A stretch of 30,882 bases of DNA, filler included, from an uncultured virus (IMG/VR IMGVR_UViG_2061766007_000739) (4 parts of one record of this genome joined end to end with filler, not necessarily neighbours in it), one strand, 5' to 3'; counted from the whole stretch's first letter, positions 1 through 10,979 are shown. The notes: generated from the sequence alone by a model not told the origin. Program-made: numbers and translations.

Positions 1-392
1 AGCTTGAGACCCATGCTTTCCTGGACCGGAGTTTCCTCGTTTTCTGTCGAATCTACGAATGTCTGTACACCTTCCTTTAGCTTCTCGATGCCGTCGTTCA
101 TGTTGGACATTGCGTCTGTGCCCGGGTCTTCAAAGAGAGGACCCTTCTGCTTATCCGGGTATGTCGGGTTGCCGGAGCATTCATCGGGTTCAGGTTTCTG
201 GGCAGGAGCCTTGCTAGTTACCTTGCTAGTTACCTTGGTAACAGTTGGCTTTGCATCGAACGGTGTTGAACTGTCGCCGTAATCGACATATACCGCATCA
301 ATGTCTTCTTCCGCCTCCATCATTGGACGGGAGATTGGAGAGGCTTCAATTTGTCTCGTGATAGCAAGCAGTTGGTCAAGTTCGTCGCACAT
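1..392 (-). CDS. Hypothetical acidic protein, runs off the window start (probable late/virion protein)
   Basis: Not in the ORF track. Read manually: ATG at 392 after AAAAGGA, MCDELDQLLAITRQIEASPISRPMMEAEEDIDAVYVDYGD..., open to position 1. ATAAACT motif at 420-426 upstream. Confidence 0.7.
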   Translation of the reverse strand, partial: MCDELDQLLAITRQIEASPISRPMMEAEEDIDAVYVDYGDSSTPFDAKPTVTKVTSKVTSKAPAQKPEPDECSGNPTYPDKQKGPLFEDPGTDAMSNMNDGIEKLKEGVQTFVDSTENEETPVQESMGLK

Positions 393-422
393 CGGGAATT
401 CCTTTTCTTTAACAGTTACAGT

Positions 423-672
423 TTATACTCTCGAAGCTACTGGTATACCCGGTACGGGCGGCTGTGGATAGGCGTAGTTCTGTGGTTGCTGTGGATAGTA
501 ACCGGGGTATTGATAGTTATATTGTTGCTGATATGCCGGGTGTTGCTGCATGTGATTATAACCGGGCGGATATGCCTGATATTGATGCTGCATATTCTGT
601 TGGTAGCCTTGCGGAGGGCCATACTGGTATTGCTGGGGAACGCCTGAATAGACAGTGGCTTGAACCGGCTGT
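423..672 (-). CDS. C-terminal fragment of a protein with a Q/P/Y-rich low-complexity tail
   Basis: Manual translation QPVQATVYSGVPQQYQYGPPQGYQQNMQHQYQAYPPGYNHMQQHPAYQQQYNYQYPGYYPQQPQNYAYPQPPVPGIPVASRV*. The 5' end is lost at the linker. Confidence 0.6.
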
Positions 673-772
673 NNNNNNNNNNNNNNNNNNNNNNNNNNNN
701 NNNNNNNNNNNNNNNNTTAATTAATTAANNNNNNNNNNNNNNNNNNNNNNNNNNNNNNNNNNNNNNNNNNNN
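673..772. other. Artificial scaffold linker
   Basis: Exactly 100 bp: N44-TTAATTAATTAA-N44 (stops in all six frames). The same linker occurs at 10980-11079 and 28541-28640. Confidence 0.95.
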
Positions 773-1012
773 TGTCTTAAGCTTAAGCTTCTCCTGTAAT
801 ATCAGTCCACCGATTTCAGCTGCAGCTTCACCCATGTTATAAGTGGCATTATTGATAATCTTGTCCAGATCAATCTTGCCATCTTTATTGGTACTGTCCA
901 AATAAAACATGATCCATTGATGAAGCTTTTTTACTTGTTCATTCGTAATACGATGCACTAGTTCGTTTTCAGTCGGCGTTTCATCATCATCTATTACAGC
1001 ACGTTGTATCAT
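773..1012 (-). CDS. uvsY: UvsY-like recombination mediator, N-terminal part (allele A)
   Basis: ATG with GAGG RBS. Overlaps the allele-B fragment at 1165-1531. The joined helical protein follows the T4 UvsY pattern. Confidence 0.6.
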
Positions 1013-1029
1013 AATAACCTCAATGCAGA

Positions 1030-1060
1030 AATGTAGCTTATATCAATTTGAATTTCAAAT
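1030..1060 (-). promoter_or_regulatory. Sigma70-type promoter with palindromic operator
   Basis: TTGAAA-17 bp-TACATT upstream of uvsY. The perfect inverted repeat ATTTGAA-T-TTCAAAT (1046-1060) overlaps the -35 box. Confidence 0.7.
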
Positions 1061-1064
1061 CAAC

Positions 1065-1092
1065 AAAAAGGGCTCTGAAAAGAGCCCTTTTT
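1065..1092. terminator. Intrinsic terminator downstream of the tail tube gene (allele A)
   Basis: AAAAA-GGGCTCT-GAAA-AGAGCCC-TTTTT. Confidence 0.8.
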
Positions 1093-1164
1093 GCTAAGAT
1101 TTTGCCCAAATAAGGCTTAGATGACCTTATAGTTAGGCGGGATGAAGATGTTGANNNNNNNNNN

Positions 1165-1531
1165 TACGTGCATAATAACGGATATGTTCCTGGCATTGCA
1201 TCAAAAATTCAACATACAGACTTTGCTTGTCCCTTTTATACTTGATCTCGTTCAAGTTCGCGTCGCCGTTAATCATAATTTCGGCACCGTCCTTTGTCAC
1301 TGGCCAAGCATACCGTGTAGACATAGTAGTCTCATAAACTTTCGCCCTAGCTTCATCGTAGGCTCGTTCATAGGTCTTAAGCTTAAGCTTTTCCTGTAAT
1401 ATCAGCCCACCGATTTCAGCAGCAGCTTCACCCATGTTATAAGTGGCATTATTGATAATCTTGTCCAGATCGATCTTGCCCTCTTTATTGGTACTGTCCA
1501 AATAAAACATGATCCATTGATGAAGCTTTTT
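1165..1531 (-). CDS. uvsY: UvsY-like recombination mediator, central/C-terminal part (allele B)
   Basis: ...IDLDKIINNA...KLKTYERAYDEARAKVYE...KDGAEIMINGDANLNEIKYKRDKQSLYVEFL... matches the T4 UvsY pattern (KSEMKTVLSADKDVLKV...ILLDFC). Confidence 0.6.
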
Positions 1532-1541
1532 NNNNNNNNNN

Positions 1542-1697
1542 TAGGGATAGCGGATATAGACACTTTCAGCCAAAGAGCTTGTTCAGGTGGCAAGTAAGGA
1601 AGTGCCTAGAAAAATGCCGTTGCGATGGTCTGTTCAAACGGACCATAGGAAATCACGAAAGACTTACCATGAGTAAGTTTGAGTAGATTTCAGTCAA
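1542..1697 (+). mobile_element. Putative IS200/IS605-type right end / omegaRNA-like structured element (strain-specific, truncated by gap)
   Basis: Absent from the other allele (1013-1154). Stacked hairpins ATGGTC...GACCAT (1625-1646) and GAAATC...GACTTAC-CATGA-GTAAGTT...GATTTC (1649-1691), ending in GTCAA. Confidence 0.4.
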
Positions 1698-1733
1698 CGG
1701 CTCTGGAAAGAGCCTTTTTACTAATATTTTACC

Positions 1734-1762
1734 AAAAAAGGCTCTAAAAAGAGCCTTTTTTT
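1734..1762. terminator. Intrinsic terminator downstream of the tail tube gene (allele B)
   Basis: AAAAAA-GGCTCT-AAAA-AGAGCC-TTTTTTT. A near-copy lies at 1699-1719. Confidence 0.8.
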
Positions 1763-1786
1763 GCTAAGATTGTACCCAAATAAGGC

Positions 1787-2503
1787 TTAGATGACCTTAT
1801 AGTTAGGCGGGATGAAGATGTTGAAGCGGTCGTAACGGAACTGAACCTTGAACTTACCGAGATCGGCGTTCTGATAGCCCAGATTCATGCCAGACGCATC
1901 AACCTTCTTCGGCCAAGCGTTGACGAACAACACGGACAAGGTCACGTTACCGTACATCCAGTCGTACAATTCAAGACGGATGGATGCGTTGCGCAACAGA
2001 CCAGCGTACACGTTGTTGTGGTTTTCTTGCTGACCAAGACCGAGGTAGATTCGGTTATTGCCCTCGTTAGCGATACGGTCGGACTCATGGATAGCGTCGT
2101 TGGTACCGGTATTGGAGAGAATACCCTGGTTGAACACGGTCTGGTTCCAAGCCATCATCATTTCGAGGGCACGCATGTCTTCCAACAGCAAGCACTCGAT
2201 ATCGATGGTTCCAGCCAATCCCTTCTGCTTTACAGGGAACCAGCTTTCGAAACCCATGTAGTTGATAGCCTTGTCTTCGGTTTCAGCGGCGGGAACCTTA
2301 GCACCACTCTGCACGTGCAGAGCGAACTCGTCGTCACCGCCTTCAGTACCGAAATGCACACCGTTGGTGCAGTTCACGCCGACGAGACGGAAGATGTCCG
2401 ACGGCACGATCAAACGCCAACGAGTGGTACGCTGAGGGTCAACAAGGTGGTCAATCGCACTGGCGTAGAACACCTTTTTCTTTTGTTCTTCACTAAGAGC
2501 CAT
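1787..2503 (-). CDS. gp19: Tail tube protein (T4 gp19-like)
   Basis: Directly follows the sheath, with AAGGAGG RBS. DPQRTTRWRL, AWPKKV and FKVQFRYD fit the gp19 tube family. Confidence 0.8.
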   Translation of the reverse strand: MALSEEQKKKVFYASAIDHLVDPQRTTRWRLIVPSDIFRLVGVNCTNGVHFGTEGGDDEFALHVQSGAKVPAAETEDKAINYMGFESWFPVKQKGLAGTIDIECLLLEDMRALEMMMAWNQTVFNQGILSNTGTNDAIHESDRIANEGNNRIYLGLGQQENHNNVYAGLLRNASIRLELYDWMYGNVTLSVLFVNAWPKKVDASGMNLGYQNADLGKFKVQFRYDRFNIFIPPNYKVI

Positions 2504-2517
2504 AGTACTTTACCTCC

Positions 2518-5500
2518 TTATTGTTCAATGACTTCCGTGGCAATGGTCTTGCCGTTCTTCTGGGACTCAACCGTGGTACGGAGGATAATCCAACGAGTGG
2601 ACTTCGGCGGCAAGAGCCTCAAGTCAACGATCAAGAAGTTCTGGTCGATGATTTCCGGAGTATTGTTGGTATCGTCGCAGATGACCTTACCTTCGATCAA
2701 TCCAGGAGGATTCTGGCGCTTGATGGCGTTCAGCTTGTCCTGAAGGTCGGAAGTAATCTGAGCACGGAGAACAGTGGTATTCAGCTTGAAGACCTTGTGG
2801 TCAAGGTACTTGTAGAACATCTTGTGGATGCCAGCGACAAGCATGGTCACGTGGATCTGGTTGAAGGCAGTATCTTCCATCTGGCAAGTGAAGTCACCCC
2901 AGATACGGATGCCGTCCTTGTTCACACGAGTAGCGTTGACGTGGATATCGCTCAACTTGGCATGGTCACAGTTCTTGTCCTCGGAGTTGTAGCTACGAGT
3001 AAAGCGTTCCTTGGTGCCCCATGCAGCCGGAACATAGGCTTCGTCACCGGCTGGCGGAATCCAGAAGATACCGCTAGAACGGTTAGCCGTAATGATTGCG
3101 GCAAGCTGAACAGACTTCATCACATCGACTTGGCTGTTGGTGTACAGAGAATCCTGGAACACGCCACGACCGTCGTAAATAGCACCCCAGCGACCGAGAG
3201 AGAGCTGACCAGCGGAGATCATCTTCTTCACAGCCTTCTGGATATCAGGTTCGTAAACACCGTCGAACACGCAGAAGCAGTCCTTACGAGCTTCGCACAC
3301 GTTGATCATGGCTTGCATGACCTGGGTGTTCAGCGTTTCGTACTTCTTGGTGAACGGAGCGTTGATAGCCATACCAGCAGCAACGAGCATGTCTACGTCG
3401 GAAGCGTCCTTGTTGACAAAGAGGTTCCAGACAGTAGCCAGAGTGCTACCGCTATTGTTGTTCTGCGGATCGTAAGTCCACACACCATCATACTGGATAG
3501 CCGGGTCATCTTCGTTATACGCAATGGCAGTGTAGCTACCGTTGAGAACGCCGTCAATGATTGTCTGAGACAAGTCATAAGAGTTGTTCTCAAGGAAGTA
3601 GTCAAGCACGCCAGAATCGTTCAACACGAATTCCAGACCGCTGTCTTCCAGTTCATAATCGGCAGCTTCCTTGATGCTGAGCTGACGGTTATTGTAGTTG
3701 AACGGAGCGACAGTACCTTCGAACTCATACAGCTTGCCGTTGAAGCGATAACGGACTGCCATGAACATACGAGCAACAGCGACACCTTCATCGGTCAGAG
3801 TGAACACTTGCTTCGGGTTTCCGTCGAAGTCAACGTCGACGTAACGAGTCTTAGCAAGGCCGAGAGCCAAGAAGCTAGCACCGATATCGGAATCAGCAAG
3901 TACCGTCGGAGACTTGTCTACAGTAGCATTGAACACGCTGTTTGCCTTGACCACGAAGTCAAAGTCGGTGTTAATGGTTTCGTCCGTAGAAAGTTCACCG
4001 AACGTAGCGATGCCTTGATCGAGCTTGCTTACATACAGCGTATAGCTGGATGCGAGATACATGTCAGCGAAGTCAAACGTATCGAGAGATTCGTAGGTAT
4101 AAGTACCAGTTGTGTAAGTATCCGCAGCTACTGGAGCACTTGCAGCTTCTGCGGTATACAGATAACCGTCAGTACCNNNNNNNNNNCCGCAAGACCTTGA
4201 GAGGTTGATGTCGGAGCTGTATACAAATAACCGCCTTCATTTTCGACAACGGTAAACGTTTTCGGTTCTTCACCAGCATTCGTCAACGTAATTACGGTAT
4301 CAACATCAGCATGCGGGACTGCAGCGGACGAAATCTTACTCTTGTACGTAGTAGTTGATTCAACCGTTGTTGATTCTTCGAATACAGTCACATCCGTACA
4401 ATTAGCAGTACGAGTCATCGTCTTCTTATACGTCGTATCGGCATTATACACGGTAGCGTTAGTACTGGTCAAGTTAATCAACTGATATGCCAACTTACTC
4501 TTAGCAANNNNNNNNNNTAGTGTCGCCCTTAACCAACGTAATCGCAGTACCGACAATCGCATGATCAGCAACAGCAGAAGAGATCTTGCTCTTGTAAGTA
4601 GTCGTACCTTCACCAGTAATAGTAACTGTTTCAACCACAACATTAGTGCAGTTAGCTGTACGAGTCATCGTCTTCTGATAAGTCGTATCGGCGTTGTACA
4701 CTGTAGCATTGGTGCTAGTCAAGTTAATCAACTGATAGGAAATACCGTCAACAATTTCCGTGGACACAACCGCATCGAGCGTAATAACGCCGGACATCGG
4801 ATTGATACCAGTAATCACGTAGGTTTCCTTGTCATAAGCCTTAACATTAGCCTCCGCAGCATTAGCAACCGTATTCGAGTTACGCAAGATGGCAACAATG
4901 TCACCAACAGCATAATCATATGCAGCGCTCGGATCAACAATCACCTTATTGTCGGACACAGAAATGATATCATTGGTAAATGCCACACGGCTATAACCCT
5001 TGTAACGCTGAAGTGCGTTAGCAATCTGCTGTGCAACATAATACCAGTTATCNNNNNNNNNNNNNNNNNNNNNNNNNNNNNNNNNNNNNNNNNNNNNNNN
5101 NNNTCGGTGAACTTATAAGAATCAGTGATTTCCAAATCTTCCGGCTTAACACCAATCAACTTATTATCTTCGACCTTCTGCACAACAAACGGACGGAGAG
5201 CTTCCATCGTTTCGCTAGCAGACGGAGTCAAGTTCAAGTCAATGGTTTCGCCTTCGATGATATAATTACTCGGCACAAATTCAGTATCGGTAAATGTCAC
5301 AGTGAGCTGATTGGTTTCAGCATCATAAGCAGCAGTACCAGCACCGAACGGAGTCGTGCCACCATTCAAACGCACATAGAACTCGGTATTGTTCTTATCA
5401 CGGAACAACAGCAATGCACCAGTCTTGAGCACTTCGCTTGGGAACTTGTCCTCTACACCAAACTTGATGGCAGCGAAGTTCTTGATGCTATTACCAGCAA

Positions 5501-6709
5501 CAGCGGTCTTGATGTTCAAATAGTCGAAACCGTCAGCGATTGCATTTTCNNNNNNNNNNCAGTGAACTTATACGTATCAGCGACTTCCAAATCTTCAGGC
5601 TTAACACCAATCAACTTATTATCTTCTACCTTCTGCACAACAAACGGACGGAGAGCTTCCATCGTTTCGCTAGCAGACGGGGTCAAATTCAATTCAATAG
5701 TTTCGCCGTCGATGATATAATTACTCGGTACAAAATCAGTATCGGTAAATGTCACAGTGATCTGATTGGTTTCAGCATCATAAGCAGCAGTACCAGCACC
5801 GAACGGAGTCGNNNNNNNNNNAGGATCGTTGAAAATGAGAACATCCGGCTTGTTGATACCAAGGACATAGCCTTCATCAAACTTCAAGGTAACAACCTTG
5901 TCTTCGATTGCAGTAACAAGAGCCGTAGCAGTCTTGGCAGACGAACCACCATTACCATACTGATTCTGCTTCTTAGAAGTGTCCGGCACATAGACAGTGT
6001 CGCCAACCACAAAGACTGGCTTCGTGGACAGAGTACATTGAATTGTACCAGCTGGCTGATTTTCCTTAGCAGTCTGAATAACTTCGTAGCGATCGTATGC
6101 ACGGTTGGCATAGCTCGGATCACGGTTCATGATAGCAAACATCACCATATCGGTACAATGCGCATTATCATATAGACGAGACGCCTTACTGTCGGCAAAG
6201 TTTTCGCTAGCGTCTACGTTGAACTGGACGTTGTTATTGCTTTCGATCGTCTCGGCTATATTGTTGATCTTACGAGTGACACCGAACTCGGCAGCACCGT
6301 CAGTCTTATAGCGAGTAGATGCGAAATGCTTCACGTTCAGTGAAGTAGATTCATACGGACGCTTATTGTCGTCATACAGAGCAGCATTCTTGTCGAACGC
6401 AACCACGAAGGNNNNNNNNNNACGGCTGATTTCTTCGCCGTACGGACGGACGAATTCGACTTCGCCACCAGTGGTCAGCACGGCGTTCGCGGCGTACATG
6501 CCCTGGTTGTATTTGTAGCTCTGGTATCCGTAACCCAGCTTGACACCCAATTCACCAGTGTTCGCTACGTTGATGATCTTGTTCAGTTCACCCTTAGATG
6601 CGTAGCCAACGATACCGGCGACAGTGTTCGGATTTTGCACCACCGTGTAGGCGGAATTATCCTTAAGCTGAATTCGCACGCCCGGAGCATAACCCATTTT
6701 TGTTGCCAT
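2518..6709 (-). CDS. gp18: Contractile tail sheath protein (gp18-like), large, broken by gaps and duplicated alleles
   Basis: N-terminus MATKMGYAPGVRIQLKDNS...GIVGYASKGELNK. The C-terminal sheath domain has CEARKDCF, WIPPAG, IWGDFT and VICDDTNNTPEIIDQN. Confidence 0.9.
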
Positions 6710-6743
6710 AGATTAAACCTCATGGTACGTTCATTTTGTTTCA

Positions 6744-6792
6744 AGTTTATGCGGTGGTCACGTTTTTTTCTGGCGCACGGTAGTGATAAACT
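6744..6792. promoter_or_regulatory. Divergent pair of putative late promoters (ATAAACT)
   Basis: AGTTTAT 6744-6750 points to the sheath gene. ATAAACT 6786-6792 points to the plus-strand gene. Confidence 0.6.
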
Positions 6793-6796
6793 GAAA

Positions 6797-7928
6797 ATGA
6801 ACGAAAATGAGGCAAAAATGGCACATCTTTCCGGAATTCTCAACTACAAGCTCAACGAGCTTAAGGCCAAGCGTCCAGAGGACAAGGCTCTTATCGAGGC
6901 TATTCAGATGGACATCAACAAGAAAGTCCAGATTATCTCGCCGGAAACGAGGAAGTCCCTTCTGCAGTTCCCTATCCAGTTCACACAGATGGTTCCGACA
7001 TCCAGCCGTGACTGGACGACACAGCTCCACCGCTGGGCAGACTACGGACTGCACGAACTCCTCATGATCGACCCAATCTACCTCACGACATCGGATTCCG
7101 ACGACGAATGCGTGCTTAAGCGCTTGGTAAAGGCAGCCCTCGGCTTGACCATGACCCAGGTAGTCAACTACGAACTGATCGAGGAACTGTTCCAAAAAGA
7201 CATGAACTATGCGGCCATGACCGTNNNNNNNNNNATTGGTAAAGGCAGCCCTCGGCTTGACCATGACCCAGGTAGTCAACTACGAGCTGATCGAGGAACT
7301 GTTCCAAAAAGACATGAACTATGCGGCCATGACCGTNNNNNNNNNNAGTCGACGAAAATGGACAAATAGCTCCGCCCAATAAGGACGGAGCCGAAGGTCA
7401 AGACAAGTTGTCGAAGGTTCTAGGCGTCTTGNNNNNNNNNNCGCCGGAGACCCAGAGTCTACCGAAGCTGGCAACGCATGGTACGAACCAGACCTGGAAG
7501 GAAAGAGCGTCATCGAGTATCTGTACGACTTCGCATCCGGTGAAGGCGAGTTCCAAGGAAAGGGCCCGGACGAGAAGATTCTGGCAATGTTCGACAAGTA
7601 CGCCGAGCGTGCGCTACACATTCCGGACGAAGACGAGCTTCAAGCCGACTTCGACGATTCTGCCGATCCCAAGGAAGACCAGAAGGCCGTCATGCAAGCC
7701 GAAATGGAACGTGAGCACGACTCTTCAACCAACCCGGAAGACATTCCTCTCGCCACAGACGGCGAAGACGGACAGCAGACCGAGACTATGGACGAAGTCA
7801 ACGGCGAAGCTACCGTAGACGAGAATGGACAAATAGCTCCGCCCAATCAGGACGGAGCCGAAGGTCAAGACAAGTTGTCGAAGGTTCTAGGCGTCTTGCT
7901 TAAGCTTTCCGACAGCCTCGGCCAGTGA
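6797..7928 (+). CDS. Hypothetical protein with acidic C-terminus (fragmented by gaps)
   Basis: MNENEAKMAHLSGILNYKLNEL..., resuming after the gaps as AGDPESTEAGNAWYEPDLEG...SDSLGQ*. Joining the pieces into one gene is inferred. Confidence 0.65.
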
Positions 7929-8099
7929 TTCCTTAGCCTTTTCAACATCATTTTTGAGATGGAGTTCGGGTTCGACGATATCGTCGAGCCCTTCTCTTAA
8001 CATCTGGACATTGATACCAGCGTCGATAAAGCTGATGGCGGTATCCTCGTCACAGCCGAAACTCTTCATGACAAGGTCGATATCATTTCTTTCTGCCAT
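7887..8099 (-). CDS. Hypothetical 70-aa protein
   Basis: GAGG RBS. Its start overlaps the end of the gp62-like gene. Confidence 0.65.
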   Translation of the reverse strand: MAERNDIDLVMKSFGCDEDTAISFIDAGINVQMLREGLDDIVEPELHLKNDVEKAKESLAEAVGKLKQDA

Positions 8100-8668
8100 T
8101 TTTCTTTACCTCTGGGATCTTTCCGTTAACCTTGTATTCGTAGATGTCGTTCACAAGCGCAGCGTCAATTTCCCCATTACGGATCATCGATTCCGCAGAC
8201 GAAGCTGACGTCTCGTACACTGCCATGACTTGTGTACGGAGCTTGTTGACGGCGGCGATTTCCTTCGGATTCGCACGGAGATAGCCGGTATTCAGCTTCT
8301 TNNNNNNNNNNCAGCGCAGCGTCGATTTCCCCATTACGGATCATCGATTCTGCAGACGAAGCTGACGTCTCGTACACGGCCATGACTTGTGTGCGGAGCT
8401 TGTTAACTGCGGCGATTTCCTTCGGATTCGCACGGAGATAGCCGGTATTCAGCTTCTTGCCGTTATACGCCTCCATTACCTTGGCACGCACCTTAGTTGG
8501 GAGACGAGTGAACTCGATAGTGTTAATCGCCATCAAGGACTTGTAGATGGACGGAGTCATCGACAGAGAGTAGATAGCCGCATAGGTATCGTGCTCGGCG
8601 ATGTCCGACATCGTCATCTTTCGACCAGCAATTCGGTCAAGGATAAATTGTTCGTGATCAAACGCCAT
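8083..8668 (-). CDS. gp62: Probable clamp loader small subunit (gp62-like); contains a duplicated allele segment
   Basis: About 140 aa after de-duplication. Overlaps the gp44 stop, as in the T4 44-62 order. YAAIYSLSM...MAIN and VMAVYETS resemble gp62 blocks. Confidence 0.6.
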
Positions 8669-9701
8669 ACTTCCAATCCGGTGCGTACTTCTTGAGAATC
8701 TGCATTACGTTGAGGAGGAAGCCCCACAAGGCGAGTTCCTGGTCAACTTGGTGGTTAGACTTGTACATTGCATCAGCCAGAGCGATGCCGAACGGAATGA
8801 GAACTTCTTCCGGAAGACGGTCGATGGCATAGTCACCGAACGCACGGTAGACACCTTGGCAGAACGTGATGTTCTTGGAAATGAAGTAACGGAGTTCCTT
8901 TGCCTTGAACTTCACGGTCATGTCGAACAAAGTCTCTGTATTGGACGGAGCCATGCTCGGAATGCTACCAGTGATGCTGCCGCCGTTTTCCAAGAAGGAA
9001 CGATGCATGGAAGCAATCATCAAGCGAACGTCCGGATAGAACTCATTGACGATATTGGCAACGAGCATCTTGTCGACCGTACCGCCCTTGGCATCGCATT
9101 CTCCCTTGGCTATATGCATCAAGCGCTTGAACAGACGAGTCTTGTATTCCTTGAGTTCAGCCTCAGCGTCCTCTTCATTCTCGAACTGGGCACCGAAATC
9201 GACAGCCATACAGCGAGACTGGATCGGCTGCGGGATTCGCCACAGTTCGTTACAAGTAAGGATGAATCGGAGAGTGCTGGAAGTGTCCTCGATTTCGGAC
9301 TGCAGAACACGGTAGAAGTCAGCTGGCTTGTTCGGCTTGTCGGCTTCGTCGATGATGACGAATTTCGGCTGTCCATCCGGAGAGCTGTACTTGGCGTATT
9401 CGTCAATCATGTCGATGATTTCGGAGTCACGCTTACCGAAAAGGAATAGCGACTGGGCACCGATAATCTTCGGAATTGCCTTGGCGATAGAGGTCTTTCC
9501 TGTACCCGGCGCACCGGAATGCAGAATGTAGTTACCGAAGGAATTCATCTCGATGGCGTTCTTGAACAGCTTCTCCACGTTACGGTGAAGAATAATGGTG
9601 TCCAAGTCAGTTCCACGGTACTTCTCTTCCCACGGAAGGTTACTCTTTAGTACGGCTTCTTGATCCGCATTGGCATTCTGTTGGTCTATTAAGTTGAACA
9701 T
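8658..9701 (-). CDS. gp44: Clamp loader ATPase subunit (gp44/RFC-like)
   Basis: WEEKYR, Walker A GAPGTGKTS, Walker B IIDEAD, FILTCN, SRC motif (IQSRC), YPDVR. Confidence 0.95.
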   Translation of the reverse strand: MFNLIDQQNANADQEAVLKSNLPWEEKYRGTDLDTIILHRNVEKLFKNAIEMNSFGNYILHSGAPGTGKTSIAKAIPKIIGAQSLFLFGKRDSEIIDMIDEYAKYSSPDGQPKFVIIDEADKPNKPADFYRVLQSEIEDTSSTLRFILTCNELWRIPQPIQSRCMAVDFGAQFENEEDAEAELKEYKTRLFKRLMHIAKGECDAKGGTVDKMLVANIVNEFYPDVRLMIASMHRSFLENGGSITGSIPSMAPSNTETLFDMTVKFKAKELRYFISKNITFCQGVYRAFGDYAIDRLPEEVLIPFGIALADAMYKSNHQVDQELALWGFLLNVMQILKKYAPDWKYGV

Positions 9702-9717
9702 AGATAAACTCTCTGAT

Positions 9718-10035
9718 ATGAATGATTCGTTTGTTAAATACCTTTCTTCGAGGAATTCTGACGCAGCACGAGCCGCTTTGGCACTCTATGAGCAAGTCTG
9801 CAGCGACGTGAACGCACCGCAAGTATCACCTGGCCAGCCTTGTTGTACTCAGTCAATCGATGAAAACGAGTATTTCGACGAGCCAACACTGAGCGACGAA
9901 GAACTTGATAAAGTCCATCAGGCGAAGACTGGGTGTCGAGAAGTTCTCGCACCATCTGCTGGACGCACATCGCTCGGCATAATGGGAAATGGCTTCCCCG
10001 AAAATGTATGCGCTTCGAGCGGTGCGTCAACTTAA
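9718..10035 (+). CDS. Hypothetical protein, probably leaderless late gene
   Basis: MNDSFVKYLSSRNSDAARAALALYEQ... ATAAACT at 9704-9710 lies 7 nt before the ATG. Confidence 0.55.
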   Translation: MNDSFVKYLSSRNSDAARAALALYEQVCSDVNAPQVSPGQPCCTQSIDENEYFDEPTLSDEELDKVHQAKTGCREVLAPSAGRTSLGIMGNGFPENVCASSGAST

Positions 10036-10059
10036 TCTGTCTTACCTTCATAAAATCTC

Positions 10060-10979
10060 CTAGAACATAGACATCATGAAATCGCTCTCGTCATATTCGA
10101 GGCGTTCATCCCAGCCGACNNNNNNNNNNACGGTGCGTCAACTTAATCTTTCTTACCTTCATAAAATCTCCTAGAACATGGACATCATGAAATCGCTCTC
10201 GTCATATTCGAGGCGTTCATCCCAGCCGACTGCCTTGAACAGACGGCCAAGCACTTGTGCCACACAAACCTTCCAGTGTTCTTCCCAGTCCGGATGGAAG
10301 ATTTCAAGAAGTCTCTGCGGACACTTTTCACCAGTATAGCAGATGATGCTGACACCGAAGAGATTGTCGGCCTTCTTGATGAATCGGATCTTGGAACCAG
10401 CGTACACCGGCTCGTATGGGAACTTGGAAAGCTCCGAGTCAGTCTGGATCAAGTAATTCCAGACTGCGCCAGCCTTCACACGCCAGTCGATCTTCTTTTT
10501 TTCCTCGGCTGGCATGAGTTCCATGACTTCAAGCGGAGGCGGATCGTTCTTGACACCGCACGGACATGCGATGTAGTTGTAATCTTCCTTCTGAACCGAT
10601 TCGAAGAATTCCTTCTTGATTTCCAGCAAGCGCTGTCTCACCGTGTACTTGTCCATGGTGTCCATCATCAAGTCCACCATGTTCATCATACGATCCTTAC
10701 CGAACAANNNNNNNNNNAATGGCGTATTCCGGCTTGACAGCAAGTGTACCCTTGACCCACTTGCCGTTCTCGTCCTTGTGACCCAAGTCGAGGTAGACGA
10801 TGTCTTCCATGCTCTCCACCAAGCAGATGTACTTCTTCTTGGCGGTCACGATAGCCTTGTGGATACACTTCTCGCGCTTTAAGAACAACTCGTTCTTCCC
10901 ATCCATGTATCCCCACTGGTTGGCGTAGTTGAGCATGTACTCGTCAAGCTTCTCTTCCAAGATGCAAGCATCAAGGATT
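10060..10979 (-). CDS. gp43: Family B DNA polymerase (gp43), C-terminal part; last codons duplicated
   Basis: LKREKC...AKKKYIC, IACPCGV, VKAGAVWN, GSKIRFI. Ends in DFMMSMF, similar to gp43 clamp-binding tails. Confidence 0.9.

Noticed and set aside
717..728. TTAATTAATTAA palindrome, three copies
   Set aside because: Always centred in a 100-bp N block, so it is a concatenation linker.
2018..4200. Long plus-strand ORFs (241 aa, 559 aa) and similar ORFs opposite gp44, gp32 and helicase
   Set aside because: Antisense shadows of well-supported minus-strand genes, explained by codon bias.
7887..8099. RegA, by position after gp62
   Set aside because: Only 70 aa, with no RegA motifs that I can recognise.
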